Assembly: GCA_038087875.1 (NCBI GenBank)
Contig: JAXLNO010000364.1
Location: 248,001-312,000, forward strand
Length of the DNA stretch: 64,000 nt
Reading direction: 5' to 3'
From: Malacoraja senta
Lineage: Eukaryota
Positions 56,082 through 64,000 of the stretch are shown piece after piece. The position numbers and the translations under genes were made by a program. A model generated the notes under the pieces. It saw nothing but the letters and a program-made list of their open reading frames with translations. It was not told the origin of the DNA and ran no database searches. Positions within the stretch are counted from its first letter, which is position 1. Each line of letters starts with the position of its first letter.

Positions 56082-58124
56082 TGTAAAGGTTTGATAATGA
56101 GGCATCGTTACTTTACTATCTTTATTCATACTGGACATTATACATTGCACTAGCTGTACGTGGTCTGTCACAGGAACTAGAGAGCGATCTGTGGGTGTGG
56201 AGGTTGTAGTTATACTTGTGATATGGGGAGTGGTTAGTGGGTGTGAGGTCACTATGTTAAAGGCACATGCATATCTCATCTACATCCTTCCTCCCCGAAA
56301 CGACAGGCAAATACAAAGGTGACATGGCGACCACGGCTCATGCGCTAGGATAGCTGGGCAACATCGCCATAGCGGTCAGGCGGTTTGACCAGACGTCCCG
56401 CCCGGGTTCGCGTCTCGCCATCCACCCTTCCTGGAGGAGGAAGAGGCACCAGCGGGGACAGACGAACCTGAAAGGGAGAAACGGGAGGAAACGGAAGAGA
56501 TCGCGGCACCGAAACCGGAGGGGATGCGGGGCCGGGACCGGGAAGAGCGCGGGGGGGCGTGCGAGGACTAGTCGGAGTGTGTTGGAGCGGAGGGGGCGAA
56601 GGAGGAGCAGAGCGAGGCATGCAGGGAATCACGGGCAGGGCAACGGCCGGACGGGAAACAGGCAGCGGGGGAGCAAAGGGATCGGCGGCAGGAGGACGCG
56701 GCTCGTGGACGAGCCGAAGGTGCTGGCGAGACCGTCGGTAAATGGTCCCAGCGTAGTCGACGAAATAGGACCTGGGCGACCCCGCAGAGCCGACGACAGT
56801 AGCGAGCTTGGAGTGACCGGGAGTGGTCTGCATACGGACTACTTGACCGGGGAAGAGGGGCGGCAGCGGGTGGCAGGACCTGTCATGGGACCGCTTTTGG
56901 ACGTCTTGCCTGAAGGCAATCCGTTTCTGAACCGCCGCAGGTGGAAGGACCGAGGGTATGAGGGATCGCTGGGCCACCGGGAGTGGGAGCCTGGTAGCGC
57001 GAGACAGGAGCCGCTGAGCAGGTGAACCCATGGCAGGGTCGCGAGAGATGTTCCGAAGGCTGAGGAGGGCCAGGTGGAAGTCGGAGTTAATGCCACCACA
57101 CTGTTCCAGCAGGTGCTTCGCGCTGCGGACTGCGCGCTCGGCCAAACCGTTGCTTTGCGGGTACTCCGGGCTGCTTGTGAAATGGCGAAAGTTCCATCTG
57201 GAAGCGAACGCTTTAAACTCGGAGCTCGTGAACTGGCTGCCATTGTCCGACTGCAGGCTTGCCGGGGGGCCAAAAGTGCTAAAGTGAGGGTACAACCTGT
57301 CGATGACGGCCGAAGAGGTCACGGAAGGCAGCCGGTCAACCGCAAACCAGCTGGAGTAGAAGTCAACGAGTACCAGGAAATGTTTGCCCCGCCACTCGAA
57401 AATGTCTGTGGCGAGCGCCATCCAGGGCAGTCCGGGCGCGGGCTGCTGTAGAAGCGGCTGACGCTGCTGATGGGGGGCGCGGCTGTTGCAGGTGGAACAC
57501 GATGAGACCCTCTCCCGGATGTACTTTGCCATATCCGGCCAATAGAACTGTGCCTTGGCGAGAGACAAAGTGGCTTCGGCCCCAGTGTGACCGCGGTGTG
57601 CGACCTGAAAATAGTGGTCGTGCAGCGCCGCGGGCACGACCACTTTGTGACCCTTCACCACCACGCCGTCGTGCAATACGAGCTCGTCCCGAATCAGGAA
57701 GTAGGGCACGGCTCCAGCCGGCAGTGCCGAGCGACGGTCAGGCCAGCCCTGCCGGATGACGGCAGACAGCTGTTGCAGGGCAGGGTCGTTGGTAGTGTGT
57801 TCAACCAGGGACTTCAGCTGTGGCGAGGGGACGAAGTTCAATCGTAGTACTAGTAACTCGGACGTTTCGTATTGGTGGCGAGCAGTGGACGTCAGCGGGG
57901 CGCGAGACAACGTGTCGGCTACGAACATGTCCTTCCCCTTACGATAAACCACCGTGAACGTGAAACGCTGGAGCTGCAGCAGCATGCGCTGCAGACGTGA
58001 TGAGGCCACATGGATCGGTTTGTTGAGGATGGTAACAAGTGGTTGATGGTCAGTTTCAACGGTGAAAGTGTTGCCCACGATGTAGTCCCGGAATTTGGAG
58101 CAGGCAAACAGCACGGCCAGTAGC
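56082..58124 (-). mobile_element. Gypsy/Ty3 LTR retrotransposon, 3' part (RNase H, integrase, PPT, 203-bp 3' LTR at 56082-56284)
   Basis: Uninterrupted pol frame 56345-58124 with TDHQPL and ADTLSR (RNase H), an HHCC zinc finger and D-D-E residues (ATDIF, SDNGSQF, NGLAER). PPT GGGGAGGAAGGA at 56285-56296 abuts an LTR with TGTA...TACA ends and an internal AATAAA. Confidence 0.93.
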
Positions 58125-58324
58125 NNNNNNNNNNNNNNNNNNNNNNNNNNNNNNNNNNNNNNNNNNNNNNNNNNNNNNNNNNNNNNNNNNNNNNNNNNNN
58201 NNNNNNNNNNNNNNNNNNNNNNNNNNNNNNNNNNNNNNNNNNNNNNNNNNNNNNNNNNNNNNNNNNNNNNNNNNNNNNNNNNNNNNNNNNNNNNNNNNNN
58301 NNNNNNNNNNNNNNNNNNNNNNNN
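58125..58324. other. Assembly gap (200 N)
   Basis: Run of N with unrelated elements (Gypsy, CR1) on the two sides. Confidence 1.
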
Positions 58325-59100
58325 CCAGCTCCGTGTCATCCGCAAACTTGGAGATGTTGCATTCAATTCCCTCATCCAGGATCATTAATATATATTGTAA
58401 ATAGCTGGGTCCCAGCACTGAGCCTTGCGGTACCCCACTAGTCACTGCCTGCCATTCTGAAAAGGACCCGTTTACTCCTACTCTTTGCTTCCTGTCTGCC
58501 AGCCAGTTCTCTATCCACATCAATACTGAACCCCAAATACCATGTGCTTTAAGTTTGCATACTTATCTCTTATGTGGGATCTTGTCAAAAGCCTTCTGAA
58601 AGTCCAGATATAACACATCCACTGGTTCTCCCTTATCCACTCTACTAGTTACATCCTCGAAAAATTCTATAAGATTCGTCAGAAATGATTTACCTTTCAT
58701 AAATCCATGCTGACTTTGTCCAATGAATTCACCACTTTCCAAATGTGCTGCTATCCCATCTTTAATAACTGACTCTAGCATTTTCCCCACTACCGGTGTT
58801 AGACTAACTGGTCTGTAATTCCCCGTTTTCTCTCTCCCTCCCTATTTAAAAAGTGGGGTTACATTAGCTACCCTCCAATCCTCAGGAACTACTACAGAAT
58901 CTAAAGAGTTTTGAAAAATTATCATTAATGCATCCACTATTTCTGGGGATACTTCCTTAAGTACTCTGGGATGCAGCCTATCTGGCCCTGGGGATTTATC
59001 GGCCTTTAATCCATTCAATTTACCTAACACCACTTCCCGGCTAACCTGGATTTCACTCAGTTCCTCCATCTTATTTGACCCCCGGTCCCCTGCTATTTCA
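58325..59100 (-). mobile_element. CR1 LINE RT fragment
   Basis: KSPGPD, QHGF, YLDFQKAFDK, GVPQGSVLGP and KFADDT on the minus strand. Confidence 0.92.
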
Positions 59101-59122
59101 TCTCATTTGACCCCCGGTCAAA

Positions 59123-60450
59123 GACAGCATGGATTTATGAAGGGGAAATCACGCTTGACTAATCTTACGGAATTTTTTGAGGATGTAACAAGTAGAATGG
59201 ATAAGGGAGAGCCAATGGATGTGGTCTATCTGGACTTTCAAAAAGCCTTTGACAAGATCCCACATAAGAGTTTAGTGTGCAAAATTAGAGCACATGGTAC
59301 TGGAGGAAGGGTATTGACATGGATAGAGAACTGGTTGGCAGAAAGGAAGCAAAGAGTAGGAATTAATGGGACTTTTTCAGAATGGGAGGCAGTGACTAGT
59401 GGGGTGTCGCAAGGCTCGGTGCAGGGACCACAGTTACTTACAATATATATTAACGATTTAGATGAGGGAATTAAATACGGCATCTCCAACTTTGCGGATG
59501 ACACAAGGCTGGGTGGCAGTGTGAGTTGCGATGAGGATGCTATGAGGCTGCAGGGTGACTTGGATAGGTTGAGTTTGTGGGCAGATGCAGTATAATATGG
59601 ATAAATGTGAGGTTATCCACTTTGGTGGCAAGAAGAGGAAGGCAGATTATTATCTGAATGGTGTCAGATTAGGAAAAGGGAAGGTGCAACGAGACCTGGG
59701 TGTGCTTGTACATCAGTCACTGAAAGTAAGCATGCAGGTACAGCAGGCAGTGAAGAAAGCTAAATGGCATGTTGGCCTTCATTGCGAGAGGATTTGTGTT
59801 TAGGAGCAATGAGGTCCTACTGCAGTCATACAGGGCCCTTGTGCGACTGCTCCTAGAGTTTTGTGTGTAATTTTGGTCTCCTAATTTGAGGAACGACATT
59901 ATTGCTATTGACTTATGATAAACGAATAGGTCGACTGGGCTTGTATTCACTGGAATTTAGATGAATCAGAAGCGATCTTATAGAAACATATAAAATTCTT
60001 AAAGGATTGGACAAGCTAGATGCACGCAAAAATGTTCCCGATGTTGGGGGAGTCCAGAACCAGGGGGTCACAGTTTAATAATAAGGGGTAGGCCATTTAG
60101 GACTGAGATAACGAAAAACGTTTTCACCCAGAGTTGTGAATCTGTTTTATTCTCTGCTACAGAGGATAGTGGAGGCCAATTCACTGAATGTTTAGAAGAG
60201 AGAGTTAGAGTGAGCACTTGGGGCTGAAGGAATCAAGGGATATGGGGAAAAAGGAGCAACAGGATACTGATTTTAGATGGTAGACAAAAATGCTGGAGAA
60301 ACTCAGCGGGTGAGGCAGCATCTATGGAGCGAAGGAAATAGGCAACGTTTCGGGTCGAAACCCTTCTTTTAGATGATCAGCCATGATTATATTGAATGGC
60401 GGTGGTGGCTCGAAGGGCCGAATGGCCTACTCCTGCACCTATTTTTCTAT
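59123..60450 (+). mobile_element. CR1 LINE RT to 3' end
   Basis: QHGF, YLDFQKAFDK, NFADDT, then the 3' UTR and a short tttcta tail. Confidence 0.92.
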
Positions 60451-60519
60451 ATTTGGATACATGGATAGGACAGGATTGGAGGGATCTGGGCTCAGGGGGC
60501 AGGTGGGACATGTGTGGAT

Positions 60520-61312
60520 GGGACATGTTGGTCAATGTGGGCAAGTTGGGCTGAAGGGACTATGGGACATGTTGGTCAATGTGGACAAGTTGGGCTGAAG
60601 GGTCTATGGGACATGTTGGTCAATGTGGGCAAGTTGGGCTGAAGGGTCTATGGGACATGTTGGTCAATGTGCGCAAGTTGGGCTGAAGGGTCTATGGGAC
60701 ATGTTGGTCAATGTGGGCAAGTTGGGCTGAAGGGTCTATGGGACACAAAAATGCTGGAGAAACTCAGCGGGTGCAGCAGCAGCTATGGAGTGAAGGAAAT
60801 AGGCAACGTTTCGAGCCAAAACCCTAGTCTATGGACATGTTGGTCAATGTGGGCAAGTTGGGCTGAAGGGTCTATGGGACATGTTGGTCAATGTGGGCAA
60901 GTTGGGCTCAAGGGTCTAAGGGACATGTTGGTCAATGTGGGCAAGTTGGGCTGAAGGGTCTATGGGACATGTTCGTCTATGGGACATGTTGGTCAATGTG
61001 GTCAAGTTGGGCTGAAGGGTCTAAGGGACATGTTGGTCAATGTGGGCAAGTTGGGCTGAAGGGTCTAAGGGACATGTTGGTCAATGTGGGAAAGTTGGGC
61101 TGAAGGGTCTATGGGACATGTTGGTCTATGGGACATGTTGGTCAATGTGGTCAAGTTGGGCTGAAGGGTCTAAGGGACATGTTGGTCAATGTGGGCAAGT
61201 TGGGCTGAAGGGTCTAAGGGACATGTTGGTCAATGTGGGAAAGTTGGGCTGAAGGGTCTATGGGACATGTTGGTCTATGGGACATGTTGGTCAAGTTGGG
61301 CTGAAGGGTCTG
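60520..61312 (+). repeat. 44-bp minisatellite (GGGACATGTTGGTCAATGTGGGCAAGTTGGGCTGAAGGGTCTAT)n derived from a CR1 3' UTR
   Basis: Period 44 (60521 to 60565, and onward), roughly 15 units plus partial units, interrupted at about 60742-60826. Confidence 0.92.
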
Positions 61313-61412
61313 TTTCCACGCTCTGTCGCTAGAGGGAGACACACGCGGGAGCCGGACGCGGGCGTGTCCTTTCTTTCGCCCCGAAAGGCGGTCAAATCCG
61401 CTGCGGACTGAC

Positions 61413-61535
61413 CTTAATCAAAGCCTGATACTCCTCCTTGAGCCGCTCCCGCCAGCGCTCGGCGTCCCGCGGGCCGGCGTTGGTCCGCAGCAGCGGGATG
61501 CCGCTCAGTACCCGCCGCGTCACGTCATCCGCCAT
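61413..61535 (-). CDS. UFC1: UFC1 (ubiquitin-fold modifier-conjugating enzyme 1), first coding exon only
   Basis: Encodes [41 protein letters not shown], the recognisable UFC1 N-terminus (NAGPRD...RLKEEY). The 123-bp exon ends at an AAG|GTCAGT donor in a CpG-rich setting. Confidence 0.92.
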
Positions 61536-61600
61536 CTTGCCCCGCCCGGCGGCCGTGGCGCCTCCGCGCATGCGCGCTGTCCGCATCCGGCCGGAAGCGG
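61529..61600 (-). promoter_or_regulatory. UFC1 housekeeping-type CpG promoter (YY1, NRF1, ETS/GABP motifs)
   Basis: AAGATGGCGG (YY1) overlaps the start codon at 61529-61538; GCGCATGCGC (NRF1) at 61566-61575; CCGGAAG (ETS) at 61591-61597. Confidence 0.7.
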
Positions 61601-61914
61601 CTCGTCAAGGGAGCTGATGGATGATGGGACATGTAGTCTCGACAAGGGACACTTATCAAATGTCACAGATAGAACAAGGACATTTTAACTTGCAGCAGCG
61701 CAACAGAATATGTAAACATAGTAGGTACACAAAAATGCTGGAGAAACTCAGCTGGTGCAGCAGCATCTATGGAGCAAAGGAAATAGGCAACGTACCTGGG
61801 ATTTTCCAGCATCTGCAGTTCCTTCTTAAACATGTAAACATAGTACACTGTGAACAATATAATAATGAGAGAGAAAAAAAAGTTCAGTCCATGGTAATGT
61901 GCACACACTCACAA

Positions 61915-62205
61915 ATACACCTCATTATTGGCTTGGGTAGCGGTATGATCATTGACTTCTCTGACTTCAAGTAGCCCTTGATTTCTCTCTCCATCTCCTC
62001 CCACTTTCCAGTTCTCCGACCTGTCTCCAACTACATATTATCTCTGCACCGCCCACTCCCTTGACAGCAATCTGGAGAAGGGTCTCGACCCGAAACTTCA
62101 CCCATTACTTCTCTCCAGAGATGCGGCCTGTCCCGCCGAGTTACTCCAGCATTTTGTGTCTATCTTCGACCAGTAACAGCATTTCTTTCCTTCACAATAC
62201 ATACA
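61915..62205 (+). mobile_element. Penelope-like element 3' end with a degenerate hammerhead-like motif
   Basis: ORF tail HLIIGLGSGMIIDFSDFK*, then CTGGAGA-A-GGGTC-TC-GACCC-GAAAC at 62072-62096. Confidence 0.7.
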
Positions 62206-62315
62206 TATATATAGATATACGATACGATAGAACTTTATTTATCCCAGGAGGGAAATTAATTTGCCAACAGTCATAAAATATATCTATATCTATGTTTTTT
62301 TATGCCATTTTGCAA

Positions 62316-62317
<2 letters not shown>

Positions 62318-62349
<32 letters not shown>

Positions 62350-62385
62350 TACACACACATACGCACACACAAACCCCCCCCCCCC
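62318..62385. repeat. (TA)n / (CA)n / poly-C simple repeat
   Basis: Seen directly in the sequence. Confidence 0.9.
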
Positions 62386-62537
62386 AATAAAAGTGCAATA
62401 ATAATAAAAACAGTCAATGCAGTTCAGAGCTTATTTGAGGTTGTATTGATTAAATAACCAAATGGCAGTAAGGAAGAAGTTGTTTCTGAACCTGGACATT
62501 ACAGTTTTCAGATTACAGATGACAGATTACATTGCAG

Positions 62538-63030
62538 ATAGACACAAAGTGCTGGAGGAACTCAGCGGGTCAGACAGCATCCTTCAAGAACATCGATAGG
62601 TACAAAGTGCAGGCGTAACTCAGCGGGTCAGGCAGCATCTATGGAGAACATGGATAGTCACGTGCTGGGGTAAGTCAGCTGGTCAAGCAGCATCTCTGCA
62701 GAACATGGATAGTCACAAAGTGTTGGAGTAACTCAGAGTGTCAGTCAGCATCTCTGGAGAGCCTGAATAGGTACAAAGTGCAGGAGTAACTCAGCGGGTC
62801 AGGCAGTATCCCTGGGGAACATGGATAGACACAGAGTGCTGGAGTAACCCAGCGGGTCAGGCAGCATCTCTGCAGAACATGGACAGACATAAAGTGGTGG
62901 AGTATATCAGCGGGTCAGGCAGCATATCTGGAGAACATGGGATAGACACAAAATTCTGGAGTAACTCAGAGGGACAAGCAGCATCGGCAGAGATAAACAT
63001 GGGTGACATTTCAAGTTGGATCCCTTCCTC
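62538..63030. repeat. Degenerate tandem array of about 58-bp units derived from the Penelope-like terminal repeat
   Basis: About 8 units of (ACAAAGTGCTGGAGTAACTCAGCGGGTCAGGCAGCATCTCTGGAGAACATGGATAG)-like sequence. Confidence 0.8.
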
Positions 63031-63222
63031 AAGTCTGAAAGTAGAGGGTGGAGGTTCAGACATTATAACAGCAGAATTAGGCATTCAGCCCATCATCTAC
63101 TCCATCATTCAGTCATTGCTGATATGTCTTCATCTCTCAACCCCATTCTCTTGCCTTCTCCCGATAACCCCTGACACCCATACTAATCAAGAACCTGTCT
63201 CGCTCCGCATTAAACATATTCT

Positions 63223-63893
63223 TGACTTTTTCCCCCGAACGAACCGGCAGTATTTTTCATGCCGATACGAGTTTAAATCCACTGCAAATGCAACGTTCCA
63301 ATTGATCGCGTTTCAGTAAAACCCAATCGCAAGATGATTTAAATGGCCATTAATTTACAGGTATTAAATTAAATTCTTCCATTTGGCCTATAAATCCATG
63401 ACAATGAGATTTAAAAATTATGTTATATTGTGAATTCTTGTGTGAATGTCATTTGGACACTTAGGCTTTTAAAAATGTTAATCTATTTTTAAGAAATTGA
63501 TAGATGTTTAGATCTAGTAATTGAATTTTGTAATTAGCAACAATTAGGTAACTAACTAATTATATGCTTTAATTTCATGTCGTCTAAGTAAGATTGTTTC
63601 ATATTTGTTTCAGAATGCTTCAATCTATAATAACTGAACATTTCTTTCAGTTCTCTTAATTTTTAAGAAAGTTATGGGCTTTTGACTGTCCTCGATCACA
63701 GCTTTTGTGTTAAGTCAATGGAAAAGCAATAGGAACAAGATGCTAATTTCAGAGTATGAAAATGCCCATACCTTTTTTAATACTGAAGATATGAATGTGA
63801 ATTAGGTGTCAAATTAAACTACTTTTTATGCTTTATCTGATGGATAAATTACAGACTTGATTTTTACAATCTCAAAATGTTGTAACATTGTTA
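63223..63893. mobile_element. Partial copy (right part) of the 54402-55443 non-autonomous DNA transposon
   Basis: Colinear with about 54768-55443, ending in the TIR variant TGTTGTAACATTGTTA. Confidence 0.85.
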
Positions 63894-64000
63894 CATAATC
63901 ATGGACCAGTCTCACCCCGGTCACTCTCTCTGCTCCCTCTCCCAACATTCAAGAGGTATAGTCAAGTCAAGTCAATTTTATTTCTATAGCTCATTTAAAA

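Noticed and set aside
55770..56279. The 169-aa ORF as a novel fusion protein
   Set aside because: It is a chance in-frame join of Gypsy LTR sequence to the Tc1 transposase C-terminus.
56345..58375. The 676-aa ORF starting MRELNATS as a single protein
   Set aside because: It bridges the N gap; its start lies in unrelated CR1 sequence.
60520..61312. CRISPR-like array or repeat-protein gene (GHVGQCGQVGLKG ORFs)
   Set aside because: Head-to-tail units without unique spacers, in eukaryotic DNA; the 44-bp period is not a multiple of 3 and contains stops.

Overview
Vertebrate genomic DNA, most likely a cartilaginous fish such as a skate or ray (inferred from the HE1/V-SINE-like SINEs, esterase-ORF1 CR1 LINEs and Penelope remnants). 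The window holds a head-to-tail cluster of five intact 5-exon alpha-tubulin genes, all on the minus strand (CDS exons 3/223/149/681/297 bp, 450 aa). Four lie in tandem 11.5-12.6 kb segmental duplications (about 1-47.5 kb). They encode a divergent isotype with K40 replaced by Ser, no C-terminal Tyr and a remodelled M-loop and H11, behind a TATA/CCAAT/RFX X-box-like promoter. The fifth (49.1-52.3 kb) is an older paralog that keeps K40 but also lacks the terminal Tyr. To the right are a complete TIR/TSD-bounded non-autonomous DNA transposon, a Tc1 element interrupted by a young Gypsy LTR retrotransposon, a 200-N assembly gap, CR1 fragments, a 44-bp minisatellite and Penelope-derived repeats with hammerhead-like remnants. 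Exon 1 and the CpG-rich promoter of UFC1 (minus strand) follow; I could not find its remaining exons in the window. All comparisons were made by eye and repeat boundaries are approximate.
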